From: an uncultured Lachnospiraceae bacterium
GTDB taxonomy: Bacteria > Bacillota > Clostridia > Lachnospirales > Lachnospiraceae
DNA length: 64,000 nucleotides
Direction of reading: 5' to 3'
NCBI GenBank assembly: GCA_902775555.1
Contig: CACYMQ010000002.1
Span: 42,794 to 106,793 of the forward strand
Shown: piece by piece, positions 46,611 to 56,590 of the stretch
Position numbering within the stretch: position 1 is the stretch's first letter
Layout of the letters: the number at the start of each line of letters is the position of its first letter
Notes under the pieces: model-generated
Database searches by the model: none
The model's input: only the letters and a program-made list of their open reading frames with translations
Told to the model about the DNA's origin: nothing
Translations under genes and position numbers: made by a program

Positions 46611-48848
46611 TCAATCGTCATCCGATCCTTCCGATCCTTCCGGCTCTCTGTCCTTCCTTCTTTCGCCGGAAGCAAACAGCAGGATGGCAATGGGCAGGAT
46701 GCCGATCAGTGATATGATAAGGATCCAGAGCTTCCCGCCGCTTTTCGGCGTATTGGCATATTCATCCGTGATGCTGTCATTTACGTCCGAGATGACAGGG
46801 GCACTTTCAGGCTCCATATTCTCGGAAGGCTGAACAAGAAGCAGATAATCCGTAGCTTCCGGGATCGTAAAGGACGCATATCCCAGATCACTGATCTGCT
46901 TCGCCTGCTGATGCTTCAGACGGTTTTCATTTTCCACATAATAGTAGAGGTTCGCATATTTTCCGGCATTTTCCTTCCCGAGCTTCAGATCCATCTCCGT
47001 GAAAAGGGAATTTCCCTCCCTGTTCTCGACGGAAAAGATCTCCCGGGGATAGACACCCGCAAGTTCATTGACAAGTCCCGCCGGGATCCTGCTTTCATCA
47101 CGAAGGATCCCCAGATCCACGTCCTCCGATACGTCGGTAAGTGTCAGTCCGCGGATCACCCAGATATACGTATCATCCATGATAAGATGAAGCGCGATAT
47201 CCTTTCCGGCGATCCTGGCAAGTACATCTCCCGGGATCCGGACTCCGCCGTTCATATCGATATACATATCCGATGGTTCCGGTGTCTTTGAAAGGACCAG
47301 GCCGATATCATTCCAGCCTGCGATCTTGTCGATCCCGGAATAATCTCTCTCAGCGGAAGCCACGATGTACGGGATCCTGTCCACCGCAGTACTCTGCTTC
47401 ACCGGATCGGTCAGCGACACTCCTTCCGTACGCTTGGCAACATTGCTGTTCCCTCCGGGCTTCATGGTGGAATCCGGGTCGGTACGTACGGAGGAAGCCT
47501 CCACCTCCCCTTCGGTTGCCAGATTTCCGCTTTTTACCGGTGACAGATTTCCTGCTTTATCCTCCACCACCGCATAGAGATCATATCTGGACCGTTTCGT
47601 CAGACCGTTGATGGTAAAGATCCCGTCATCCGACGGCATTCCCAGTCTCCTGACATCCTCCGGTTCCACGCCTGTAAGCTCCAGCTGGTCACGTACCAGC
47701 AGATAGTATTTCGAGATCCCGCTTTCCTCATCACTCCCTGTCACGGTGACGGAAGCACCGGTCTCATCTGCTTTCGCATCGATACTCATAGCCAGGGGAA
47801 GGGTCTCATCCTCCCAGATCCCCCGTGTTGCGATATATGTTTCACTGCCGTCCGATGCGGTGATCTTTACATAGATATAATTCAGCATGTTCCGGACGAG
47901 GCCCGGCTTCGAACCCGGCTCATATGCGGACCATTTGCTGATGTTCACCTGAGAGGCTCCTGCAGAAGTATTGACATCCTGTGCCTCGGTGGCCAGTGTC
48001 TCGATCAGTCCTTCCGAACTGAGGAATCTGTCCGCTATGATATATTCGATGCTCTTTACATCCTGTTCCTTCCCTGTATTGATCGTAATGGTCTCGGACT
48101 GATTTGTATAATCATCGATCTCATCCTTCGTCTGAAGCGACAGATAGACATGTCCCATGACCTCGATCCCCCGGGATCCCAGTGCTGCCCCCCGGCGTTT
48201 GATCACTTCACTCAGATTTCCGTTCTTATCCTCAGCCACCGCATAGAATACATATTCCACATCCGCAGTCAGCGGAGCCATGGACAGATATCCGTCCCTC
48301 GACCCGGTCCCCTCCTTTTTTACTTCGGAGGAAGAAGGTTCCTTCTGATCGGCTTCGCGTACCAGCAGATAATACATGCTGACATCACTGCCGCCGCTGA
48401 TGATCACGGTGGACGATTGATCCGTAAGCTTCACGGTATCGATCGAGAGCGGCTCCGAAGATGCTGCATCGATCCCGATCCCGGAGGAACCTTTTCCGGT
48501 ATTCTTTGTTCCTCCTGTCCCGGACGTCCCTGTTCCCGTGGTTCCCGCAGCACCTGTTCCTGCAGTCCCTGTTCCACCGGTCCCTGCAGCACCGGTTCCT
48601 GCAGTCCCCGTTCCACCGGTCCCTGCAGCACCGGTTCCTGTTCCGGGATCGCCGGTACTTCCGGCACTTCGGGTCTGTCCGCGATATGGCTGTATACCTC
48701 CGGCCGCAGCCACATCCGTTTTCCATAGATTCATGCATGCAAAGAAGACGAGCAGCAGAACCATACATCTGCCCGTCATATCAATCTGTCCGGATTGCTT
48801 CTTCGGCCGGGTTTTATTCTCTTGGGAACCAACACCCCATATTCTCAT
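46611..48848 (-). CDS. Membrane-anchored surface protein with G/T/A repeats and FN3-like modules (start may be ATG 48779)
   Basis: Signal-like MVLLLVFFACMNLW; two similar YYLL…Y..YAV.ED..GNLS modules; C-terminal TM followed by RRK. Confidence 0.8.
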   Translation of the reverse strand: MRIWGVGSQENKTRPKKQSGQIDMTGRCMVLLLVFFACMNLWKTDVAAAGGIQPYRGQTRSAGSTGDPGTGTGAAGTGGTGTAGTGAAGTGGTGTAGTGAAGTTGTGTSGTGGTKNTGKGSSGIGIDAASSEPLSIDTVKLTDQSSTVIISGGSDVSMYYLLVREADQKEPSSSEVKKEGTGSRDGYLSMAPLTADVEYVFYAVAEDKNGNLSEVIKRRGAALGSRGIEVMGHVYLSLQTKDEIDDYTNQSETITINTGKEQDVKSIEYIIADRFLSSEGLIETLATEAQDVNTSAGASQVNISKWSAYEPGSKPGLVRNMLNYIYVKITASDGSETYIATRGIWEDETLPLAMSIDAKADETGASVTVTGSDEESGISKYYLLVRDQLELTGVEPEDVRRLGMPSDDGIFTINGLTKRSRYDLYAVVEDKAGNLSPVKSGNLATEGEVEASSVRTDPDSTMKPGGNSNVAKRTEGVSLTDPVKQSTAVDRIPYIVASAERDYSGIDKIAGWNDIGLVLSKTPEPSDMYIDMNGGVRIPGDVLARIAGKDIALHLIMDDTYIWVIRGLTLTDVSEDVDLGILRDESRIPAGLVNELAGVYPREIFSVENREGNSLFTEMDLKLGKENAGKYANLYYYVENENRLKHQQAKQISDLGYASFTIPEATDYLLLVQPSENMEPESAPVISDVNDSITDEYANTPKSGGKLWILIISLIGILPIAILLFASGERRKDREPEGSEGSDDD
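48522..48638 (-). repeat. 39-bp tandem repeat x3 (GTGAAGTGGTGTA peptide)
   Basis: Units at 48600-48638, 48561-48599 and 48522-48560 (last one diverged). Confidence 0.9.
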
Positions 48849-48895
48849 AGATCATAACCCCTGTGATTCAGATCCACCCAATAACAGTAACTTTG

Positions 48896-48924
48896 ATTAT
48901 ATCACAATTATGTCAACAACGCAA
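48896..48924 (-). promoter_or_regulatory. sigmaA-type promoter for the surface protein-RR-HK operon
   Basis: TTGCGT-N17-TATAAT with an extended TG motif. Confidence 0.6.
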
Positions 48925-48981
48925 AGCCTTCCGCTCCATCACTTCGTTATCACCCCGCAGGCTTTCCGGGTGGTCCGCTGC

Positions 48982-49013
48982 AAAAAAAAGGAAGCCCCGT
49001 TTTCGGGGCCTCC
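48982..49013 (-). terminator. Intrinsic terminator
   Basis: GGAGGCCCCG-AAAA-CGGGGCTTCC followed by T8, downstream of the 49035 stop. Confidence 0.9.
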
Positions 49014-49034
49014 GCCTGCTTTCCCATATCGAAC

Positions 49035-49604
49035 TTATTTGATCACCAAAGATCCGAGAACCGCTTTTGCTTCCGCACTGTCGAACGCAAAACCGGAACA
49101 GGATACACGAACCGGCTTTCCGTTTACCGTAGACATCAGTTCGAAACCATATCCGCCTGCGCCGTCGCTGTACTGGAAGCCCGTCCAGTCGATCTCACCA
49201 TACTTCCCGGACACATCCTTCTGTTCCTGGGTATAGGTCTTCTTATTGTACTCATACTGCTGCTTTGCCGTATCTTCTTTCTCCATCTTAAAATCAAAAA
49301 AGCTGAAATCCGACTTCTTCACCGAGCAGTAACGTGTATCCGCCTCATCAAAGACATCCCCCTTACGGAATTTCCATCCCTCGGGAACCCCTACAGTATA
49401 ATCTCCCCAGGTTTCAGTGGATGCTAAGTTGACAGCCGCTGCTTCCGTAGCGGGAGCCGCTTCTGTAGACGGAGCCGCTGTCGTTGCGGATTCACCGCCG
49501 GGAGCTGCTGTCGTTCCCTCAGTCTTCCCGCCACACGCAACCATAACACTCGTGATCACTCCAAGACAAAGAACAACCGTCACTTTCTTCAACGTCTTTT
49601 TCAT
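49035..49604 (-). CDS. Lipoprotein (true start MKKTLKK at 49604)
   Basis: GGAGG RBS; lipobox VMVAC; A/T/E-rich linker. Confidence 0.85.
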   Translation of the reverse strand: MKKTLKKVTVVLCLGVITSVMVACGGKTEGTTAAPGGESATTAAPSTEAAPATEAAAVNLASTETWGDYTVGVPEGWKFRKGDVFDEADTRYCSVKKSDFSFFDFKMEKEDTAKQQYEYNKKTYTQEQKDVSGKYGEIDWTGFQYSDGAGGYGFELMSTVNGKPVRVSCSGFAFDSAEAKAVLGSLVIK

Positions 49605-49657
49605 GCGATACCTCCATTGAATGTCATTTATAATCGTTTGTTGTAACAACGTTTCCT

Positions 49658-49686
49658 ATTATATCGTATTTATTTACACAATACAA
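49658..49686 (-). promoter_or_regulatory. sigmaA-type promoter
   Basis: TTGTAT-N17-TATAAT upstream of the lipoprotein gene. Confidence 0.65.
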
Positions 49687-49687
49687 A

Positions 49688-50992
49688 TCATTTTTCAACA
49701 AGGTAACCTTCTTTATCAAAGGAATATTTCACTCCGTCGATCTTCTGTGTGGTCCCCTTCGCATACCAGCCGGATGTATCTCCATACCACCAGCCCTTTT
49801 TATCCTTTTTCCAGGCTGCCCTGTATTTATATCTCCATGCTCCGTTTTTGTCCAGCCAGTATCCGCGCCGCCATTCATTTTCGGCCATATAACCCTTTTC
49901 GTTAAAATAGTACCATCGGCCGTCGATCTTCTCCCATTTCTTCTTTGCATACCAGCCGGAGTCATCTCCGTACCACCAGCCCCTCTTATCCTTCTTCCAG
50001 GAGGCGGTATAGGGATAGAGATAGTTCGGCTTCACTCCGTACCACCAGCCGTTTATCCACTCTCCGGCATCCGCTTTCTCTTCATCCGTCGTCCCGTCCG
50101 GAAGCGGGAGGATATAGAGATAGCTGTCAAATTCCGGGATCACCGGAGTGAGTGCGATATCCCTGTCTATGGATATGCCTTTATAGATCCCTTTTCCGAT
50201 GGCATGATACATCATATGCACTCCCTGATCGGTCTTACCGGCATAGACACCCACATGGCAGTCTGTATAACCGGTGGGCCAGAAATAGACGATATAACCG
50301 GCCTTCAGCTTCCCGGCTTTCTCCAGCCGGTCCAGGTGGGTCCCGACGTCGGCCGAGGTCTTTACGATCCCCGCATAATAGAGCTTCGTGCGCGGCACCT
50401 GTCCTGTGGTGCCATCCGGATTGTACTGCTGTCCGTTAAAATAGTAATACCAGCCGCTACTGTCGGCGAAGCTGCTCTGCTGCCCTGTCCTGCGTCCCCG
50501 GATCAGCGGCTGATACAGCCGGGACATACGGGAGTAAGCATCTTCTTTTGTTCCGCCGTTTGCGTAGTATAATACCGAAGCAACGAATCCGGAGCAGTTA
50601 TATCCATACCCCGAAGCTTCGGATCCGCTATATTGGCGGGTTCCGTAATTCACACATTTCCATCCTTCTCTGATGGCGGACTTATATATGGCCGAACTGT
50701 ATCTTAACCCCTTTGTCCAGTTGTCCCTCACGGTCTGTAATACCTTCCGGCGGGTCACACCGTACATGCCCAGATTGTCCGTCAGATATTCTCCGTCCCC
50801 GATATCTCCGGTGATCTCCTGATCCCACTCAAGCCTGATACCATCCGTTCCGTATACAGACCGGACAGCTGACGGTCCGTGAGAGCCCGCCGCATATACG
50901 CAGCTCCCCGTTCCGAATACTCCTTCTGTAAGAAAAAGAATAAAGACCGGCAGAGTAAGGAAAATGTAACGGAGAAAAATACTTTTCTTCAT
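49688..50992 (-). CDS. Secreted NlpC/P60-like (Cys-His) protein with cell-wall-binding repeats
   Basis: Signal peptide; GYNCSGFV and HVGVY motifs; C-terminal WKKDK.GWWY / KIDG.WY.F repeats. Confidence 0.75.
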   Translation of the reverse strand: MKKSIFLRYIFLTLPVFILFLTEGVFGTGSCVYAAGSHGPSAVRSVYGTDGIRLEWDQEITGDIGDGEYLTDNLGMYGVTRRKVLQTVRDNWTKGLRYSSAIYKSAIREGWKCVNYGTRQYSGSEASGYGYNCSGFVASVLYYANGGTKEDAYSRMSRLYQPLIRGRRTGQQSSFADSSGWYYYFNGQQYNPDGTTGQVPRTKLYYAGIVKTSADVGTHLDRLEKAGKLKAGYIVYFWPTGYTDCHVGVYAGKTDQGVHMMYHAIGKGIYKGISIDRDIALTPVIPEFDSYLYILPLPDGTTDEEKADAGEWINGWWYGVKPNYLYPYTASWKKDKRGWWYGDDSGWYAKKKWEKIDGRWYYFNEKGYMAENEWRRGYWLDKNGAWRYKYRAAWKKDKKGWWYGDTSGWYAKGTTQKIDGVKYSFDKEGYLVEK

Positions 50993-51013
50993 ATTACATC
51001 TCCTTCCTTCAGA

Positions 51014-51814
51014 TCACGGGGTTTCCAGCGGACTGAATATTTTCTCCGAGAAATAACCGTTATCGATCTGCTTCATGAAGCTTTCCGTCACATGTCCGTA
51101 AAAAAACTTCCCATCACCTGCCATGTGCATACCGATCACTTTTCCGTATTTATCCACCAAAGGTGCTCCGCTGGCTCCCATGGTGGATCCGTACTTCGGA
51201 TCCATCAGATAGATGATCTGATCATTTCCACAGCTTACCACCTGGCACTCATAGACACAGTTCTGATTCCGGACATCTCCATCCGTGAGTTTTGCCAGAA
51301 GATAGATCTGTTCCCCCTCTTTCGGTTTACGTTCGGATAGTGGCAGTGTCTTCAAAGCCTCATCCCCTCTTATTGAAAATGCAGCAGCATCCTTGGATAT
51401 GATGGGGACTGCATCCGCATCCGGCAGGACCAGTTCACACTTAAGGCTGGCTCCCGTATCCTTCCCGGATCTTGCATAATACAGTTCTCCACCGTGAATG
51501 TAGTCCGGAAGATAGATCGGATCAAACTTGTCAACGGTCTCCGGTTCCAGATAATGATATGCCGTGATCATCAGCTTCATACCATGTTCCTTCGAATCAA
51601 TGAGGAATGAGGTCCCTGCCATATAATCGCCCAGGACCATACTCCAGTTTACATTGAACACTCCTGTATCAGCCAGAGCTTCGATCTCCTGCAATGTAAG
51701 TTCCTTCCCGTTCTCATCCGGGTCCGTCTGTCCCGGAGCTCCGCAAGACGACAGTGTCATGACGAATATCATGACAACCGCCGTGAACTTCATTCTTTTC
51801 CAACATTTCTTCAT
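51014..51814 (-). CDS. Lipoprotein trypsin-like serine protease
   Basis: Lipobox LSSC; triad motifs TAYH, DAA, GASGAP. Confidence 0.8.
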   Translation of the reverse strand: MKKCWKRMKFTAVVMIFVMTLSSCGAPGQTDPDENGKELTLQEIEALADTGVFNVNWSMVLGDYMAGTSFLIDSKEHGMKLMITAYHYLEPETVDKFDPIYLPDYIHGGELYYARSGKDTGASLKCELVLPDADAVPIISKDAAAFSIRGDEALKTLPLSERKPKEGEQIYLLAKLTDGDVRNQNCVYECQVVSCGNDQIIYLMDPKYGSTMGASGAPLVDKYGKVIGMHMAGDGKFFYGHVTESFMKQIDNGYFSEKIFSPLETP

Positions 51815-51986
51815 ACCCGCCTATTCCTCCCAAAACAGTTCATCCGTTTTTTTCCGGGCACTCTCCGGATCGATTTGCAAAGCCGTATTTTCATTTCATG
51901 CGATATAACAGTCCTGCCGTATACAGTATATCACATATCCGATCATACCCACAAAAAAACATGCTGCATGGAAAACCTTGTGATCT

Positions 51987-52034
51987 AAAAAAGGTGTATC
52001 ACCCGCCTGACTCCGGCGTTGATGATACACCTTT
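51987..52034 (-). terminator. Intrinsic terminator
   Basis: AAAGGTGTATCA…TGATACACCTTT stem with a T-tract on the minus strand, after the 52068 stop. Confidence 0.85.
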
Positions 52035-52067
52035 ATGAACTAAAGTTTTTTGATCCTCCGGTTCATC

Positions 52068-52868
52068 CTAGAAGAAGCTTCCAAGGCTGAATCCGGTAGG
52101 CATCGGGATCGTGAACATAAAGACGGTAGCTGCGATCATCAGGACCACTGCAATAACAAATACAGCGAACCGGTTCGGGATATTCTTGAAGATTCCGACG
52201 ATACCAAGAAGGAACAGTACCAGAGAATAAATGACGGTTACCAGATTATAGGTATCACCGTTCTTATTATCCTGCATACCCTCTTTCAGAAGGCTGTCTG
52301 CCTCCTCAAACTTATCCTGTGCTTCCTTGTAATATGTTTCCACATAGCCTTCCTTATCGAAAGGTGATGCTGCATACTCCTGTTCAAACGCCCAGTTGAT
52401 GGCCTCACGGAATTCATCCGAGCAGTTATCATCCATGATCGTATCGATCTTCTCATCGATCAGCTTTGCTTCCTCGTGATTTCCCTTGGATTCCGCCAGC
52501 GTGATATCAAACCGATAATCCGTGATGGCATTCCATACCATCATATCCTGTACCATGTTCTGAAAAGCCTCATTGTACATGGAATTCGCATCGGAAGAAG
52601 CATTATTGCTCTTTGTATAATTGGTTGCCTGATTGCCGCCGTGAAGCGAGCCGATCCAGGTTGCCCATGCCGTCAGTACGGCTGTAACTCCGAGAAAGAT
52701 CGCGATCAGCATCTCCAGTTTGGCTTCGCTGATAAAAGGCTTCTTCGCAGGAGCCTTCTTCTCTTCTTTTTCTTCCTTTTCCTTACTCTCCTGCAGCACT
52801 TCCCTTACTGCTTCCTTGATGGATTCTTTCATCTCATCCACATTTTTCTTTTCCTGTGACTCTGACAT
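52068..52868 (-). CDS. DUF4337-like membrane protein
   Basis: TM (IAIFLGVTAVLTAWA), helical loop, two C-terminal TMs (VIYSLVLFLLGI…). Confidence 0.65.
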   Translation of the reverse strand: MSESQEKKNVDEMKESIKEAVREVLQESKEKEEKEEKKAPAKKPFISEAKLEMLIAIFLGVTAVLTAWATWIGSLHGGNQATNYTKSNNASSDANSMYNEAFQNMVQDMMVWNAITDYRFDITLAESKGNHEEAKLIDEKIDTIMDDNCSDEFREAINWAFEQEYAASPFDKEGYVETYYKEAQDKFEEADSLLKEGMQDNKNGDTYNLVTVIYSLVLFLLGIVGIFKNIPNRFAVFVIAVVLMIAATVFMFTIPMPTGFSLGSFF

Positions 52869-53080
52869 TTCTTACTCCTCCCTGTTATTCTCTCACCAAA
52901 GATCATCATCCTTTACCACCCTTATGATTTGAAAATGATGAACAAAGTCGCTTCTTATTTTACACAAAACCGATCCTATAATTCAATAGAAATGGCACAA
53001 GAATCCGACACGTGACATGAACGTTCTTTTTGGCACGGATCGCGACACTCAGGCACGAACGGCGCAAACCAAAGATACGA

Positions 53081-53350
53081 TCAGTCCACCTTCTCAAACC
53101 GGTATTCCTGCTTTGCTTCCGGGTATTTCGAATGATCCACGTGGCTCATAAACATGGAATAAGGTCGTACGTACATCTTGAAATCACCGTAAAGAGCCTG
53201 GTATACCACCATCAGCTCCTTGGTTTCGGAATGTTCGGCGATCCCTACGATCTTATAGAGATACATATTCGCCTTTGCATCCTCCTCCGAGATCATATTT
53301 CTTTTAAAATGCTGTACGATATCACCTGCATGGAGTCTTCTGTCACTCAT
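53081..53350 (-). CDS. DUF1653 domain protein
   Basis: GDIVQHFK…[25 protein letters not shown]…[14 protein letters not shown]…YRF. Confidence 0.9.
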   Translation of the reverse strand: MSDRRLHAGDIVQHFKRNMISEEDAKANMYLYKIVGIAEHSETKELMVVYQALYGDFKMYVRPYSMFMSHVDHSKYPEAKQEYRFEKVD

Positions 53351-55092
53351 GATTCCCTCCCGTCCTTTTCCTGATCTTTACCTTTATCTTCCTTTGCATC
53401 CGGCTCTGTCTCCTGTCCCTTTCCCGGTGCAGTCTCCTGTTCTTTCTCCGATGTGGTCTCCTGTTCCTTCTCCGGTGCGGTCTCCTGCTCCTTCTCCGGA
53501 ATGTCGGAATACAGAAGATATGCACTCTTCTCATGGGTATGCTTGATCCTGTAAAGTGCCTGATCGGCCAGCTTCAGCAGATTATCCAGGTCTGCCGTAT
53601 CCTGGGGGTACCGCGCCACGCCGATACTTGCGGAGATGACAAATGTATGCTCCTGTTCTCCCTTATCTTCCGTGATCACCCGTGCATCGATCGGCTCATC
53701 CATGCGTCCGGCGATAAGGCGGCCCACATTTTCAATGGCCTGCCTGTTGGATGCATTCCGGAAGATCACCAGGAATTCATCCCCGCCCACACGTATTGCC
53801 GTGCATCGGTCCTGTCCCAGATGTGCCAGCCGGTTTCCGACCTCCTTCAGAACCACATCTCCCATGTCATGCCCGTAATTGTCATTGATCGGCTTAAAGT
53901 AATTCAGATCCAGCGAGTAAAGAGCGATGGGATAATTCTCCGCATCCTGGATGAGCTTTGACAGATGCTCCATACCGTAACGCCGGTTATACAGTCCGGT
54001 CAGTACGTCCGTATTGGAGATCTTCTCCAGATGCGCATTCATTTCACGAAGCTCCCGGGTCTTCTCTTCCACCATCTGTTCCAGGCGGAAATTCTCATTC
54101 TTCTGCTGTTCGATCAGTTCTTCGGAAAGCATATTCGTCAGCAGCGTCTTGCACATAATGACATAGGCCATCGCCACGATGATAAAGACGAATACATCCT
54201 GACCATCGAATACCTTAAGAAAATACAGGACCAGCGAAACGAGAACGAGCGCAATGGCAATTCCCCAGTATCTCTTTCCGAAATTCCTTCTGGTGAAGCT
54301 CTGGGGATTATCCAGGCGGTGATCCTGTTCCAGATCGACCTTATGCAGCTTTCCGAAAGAAAGACCCAGCGCAAATAGAACTATGAACAGGATATACAGG
54401 ATATCCAGAAGCACGCTTTCCGATTCCTTTCCGATCAGCTTCATGGCTGTGTAACGGATCTCCAGTGCATTATTCAGGAGCAATACTCCCCCTATCAGAT
54501 AAAAGGCCTTTGCATGCCTCCGAAGCCCGGAATTCAGGATCACCAGGAATATCAGGAAGAGCGTGAAGATACAGACGAAGAAATAAAGGATCGTATTCAG
54601 ATTGTCGAAGTTGATCTTATACTCCGGATTTGCATACTCAAAGGCCGACTGGGAAAGTACGAAAGCCACGATGGACAGCACAAAGGTGTCGATCATCAGA
54701 AGCGACAGATCATTCTTTCTGAACCGAATGGAGGCATAGGCAAAAAGCCCGCCCACATAGATATAATCCGGGATCAGATAGATATTGTCCGTGATCGTCG
54801 CAATGATCTCATTTTCCGGCGTAAGATAAGATTGTACCAGCCACATCAGATCACCGAGAAACCACACAAAGATCGCCATCATGAACCAAATGGCAACCAC
54901 GCGGTATTTTCCCATATAATCCAGGGATTTGTAGATCAGAAATGATGATAGAAATGTCACCACGGGACTGGTGAAGTTGTATACCACATCCCATTCCAGA
55001 AGTGTTGACACAGCAAACAGAACCCAACCCACTATGATGATTGAGGCGATGATACGATGGATCCGATTCTGTTCTTTATCATAATAACTCAT
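53347..55092 (-). CDS. Multi-TM diguanylate cyclase (GGDEF)
   Basis: [10 protein letters not shown]; [18 protein letters not shown]; RVGGDEF; SASIG; AD.ALY. About 9 TMs. Confidence 0.93.
   Translation of the reverse strand: MSYYDKEQNRIHRIIASIIIVGWVLFAVSTLLEWDVVYNFTSPVVTFLSSFLIYKSLDYMGKYRVVAIWFMMAIFVWFLGDLMWLVQSYLTPENEIIATITDNIYLIPDYIYVGGLFAYASIRFRKNDLSLLMIDTFVLSIVAFVLSQSAFEYANPEYKINFDNLNTILYFFVCIFTLFLIFLVILNSGLRRHAKAFYLIGGVLLLNNALEIRYTAMKLIGKESESVLLDILYILFIVLFALGLSFGKLHKVDLEQDHRLDNPQSFTRRNFGKRYWGIAIALVLVSLVLYFLKVFDGQDVFVFIIVAMAYVIMCKTLLTNMLSEELIEQQKNENFRLEQMVEEKTRELREMNAHLEKISNTDVLTGLYNRRYGMEHLSKLIQDAENYPIALYSLDLNYFKPINDNYGHDMGDVVLKEVGNRLAHLGQDRCTAIRVGGDEFLVIFRNASNRQAIENVGRLIAGRMDEPIDARVITEDKGEQEHTFVISASIGVARYPQDTADLDNLLKLADQALYRIKHTHEKSAYLLYSDIPEKEQETAPEKEQETTSEKEQETAPGKGQETEPDAKEDKGKDQEKDGRES
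53408..53500 (-). repeat. 24-bp tandem repeat x~4 (PEKEQETA)
   Basis: Units start at 53408, 53432, 53456 and 53480. Confidence 0.9.
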
Positions 55093-55132
55093 GATTTAAT
55101 TATACAGATTCTGCATTGAAATACAATACAAT

Positions 55133-56443
55133 TTATTGTGCGGCCAGCTTTGCGGTACACCACGCGATCTGCAGATTGAAACCACCTGTCAGCGCATCGA
55201 GATCCATCATTTCTCCCGCCACCCTGAGACCGGGGTACTGCTTTACTTCCATGGTCCGGGGATCCACTTCCTTTACCGACACGCCTCCCGCAGATACGAT
55301 GGCCTCGTCAAAGCCTCTTACTCCCCTAACGGGAAGCGGAAATGCCTTCAGGTTACTTACCAGTCTGCTTCTTTCTTCCAGGGTGATGTCATGTACCCTT
55401 TTCTCAGCAGGAATCCCTGAAACAGACAGAACCACCGGGATGGAAAGTCTCGGCAGAAGTCCTTCTATGGCATGCGATATGGTTTTATTCCTGCTCTTCT
55501 CGAAATCCCGGAGGATCCTCTGATCCAGCTGTTCAACAGAAAGCGCGGGTTTCCAGTCGATCCGGAGTTCCAGCTTCTCTTTCGGTCTTCCTTCGGGCGT
55601 GAAATACTTCTGAAGCATACCGGACGCGGACAGGATCAGCGGACCGCTGACACCGAAATGGGTGAACAGCATTTCCCCGAAGTCCTTATAAACCGGTTTC
55701 TTCGGTTTCTCCGACCGGAAGACGGAGACCTCCACATTCTTCAGTGAAAGACCCATCATGGGCTTACAGATCCCGGGATCACTTTCGAAAGGAACCAGCG
55801 AAGGCTGGAAGGGACGTATCTTCAAGCCCAGCCTCTTCAGGAATTCCACCATATCCCCGGACGCTCCGGTTCCCGGATAAGAGATCCCACCGGTTGCAAG
55901 AACGACCACATCCGAAGTAAGCCTCCTTCCGTCTGCCAGACAAATGTGCCACTTTCCGTTCTCTTTGCCGTCGACCGGATACCCGGCATTTTTCTCCATG
56001 TCCGCCTCTCTTTCCTCCGCCTGCGGACCCGCGGGCGGGAAAAGGGATTTCACTTCCGTATTCAGACAGATACGGACCCCTCGTTTCTCCATCTCCTTCT
56101 CAAGGGTACGGATCACATCGGAGGAGTGGTCGGATGCAGGGAACACACGGTTTCCTCTCTCCGTCTTCAGTGTCAGTCCCCAGGACCGGAAGGATTCCAT
56201 GACTGCTTCGGAATTATAGGCCGAGATCGCACTGTACAGGAATTTGGGATTGGACATGACATTTTTCAGAAAGGTCTCTTCATCACAGGCGTTCGTCAGA
56301 TTGCAGCGGCCCTTTCCGGTGATGAAAAGCTTCTTCCCGAGCTTTTCGTTTTTTTCCAGAAGAAGTACCTTATATTTCTCTGCGGCATGGATCGCTGTCA
56401 TCATTCCGGCTGCTCCTCCGCCTATGATCACCATTTCCTTCAT
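55133..56443 (-). CDS. HI0933/YhiN/BaiN-family flavoprotein
   Basis: IIGGGAAGM; KLFITGKGRCNLTN; GEMLFTHFGVSGP; GGVSVKEVDP; LTGGFNLQIAW. Confidence 0.92.
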   Translation of the reverse strand: MKEMVIIGGGAAGMMTAIHAAEKYKVLLLEKNEKLGKKLFITGKGRCNLTNACDEETFLKNVMSNPKFLYSAISAYNSEAVMESFRSWGLTLKTERGNRVFPASDHSSDVIRTLEKEMEKRGVRICLNTEVKSLFPPAGPQAEEREADMEKNAGYPVDGKENGKWHICLADGRRLTSDVVVLATGGISYPGTGASGDMVEFLKRLGLKIRPFQPSLVPFESDPGICKPMMGLSLKNVEVSVFRSEKPKKPVYKDFGEMLFTHFGVSGPLILSASGMLQKYFTPEGRPKEKLELRIDWKPALSVEQLDQRILRDFEKSRNKTISHAIEGLLPRLSIPVVLSVSGIPAEKRVHDITLEERSRLVSNLKAFPLPVRGVRGFDEAIVSAGGVSVKEVDPRTMEVKQYPGLRVAGEMMDLDALTGGFNLQIAWCTAKLAAQ

Positions 56444-56533
56444 CTGTTTCTTTCCCTTTCCCTGTGTATGACGGGGAATTCAGACCGGGTCTTTGTCTGA
56501 TATCCCGACTCCCTTAAGTTCCTGTATATATGA

Positions 56534-56560
56534 GATCAGCAGGCGTTCTGCCTGCTGATC
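56534..56560. terminator. Perfect 11-bp hairpin after oadA (no T-tract)
   Basis: GATCAGCAGGC-GTTCT-GCCTGCTGATC. Confidence 0.45.
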
Positions 56561-56590
56561 ATCCTGATATGAACGATACCGTGGCATGCC

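Noticed and set aside
48917-48975. c-di-GMP-I riboswitch (ACGCAAAGCCTTCCG resembles part of the motif)
   Set aside because: On the plus strand with no plus-strand gene downstream; the P1/GNRA elements are missing; it overlaps a minus-strand -35 box.
49605-49649. Track start of the lipoprotein at 49649
   Set aside because: It lies almost at the predicted transcription start; the SD and signal peptide support ATG 49604.
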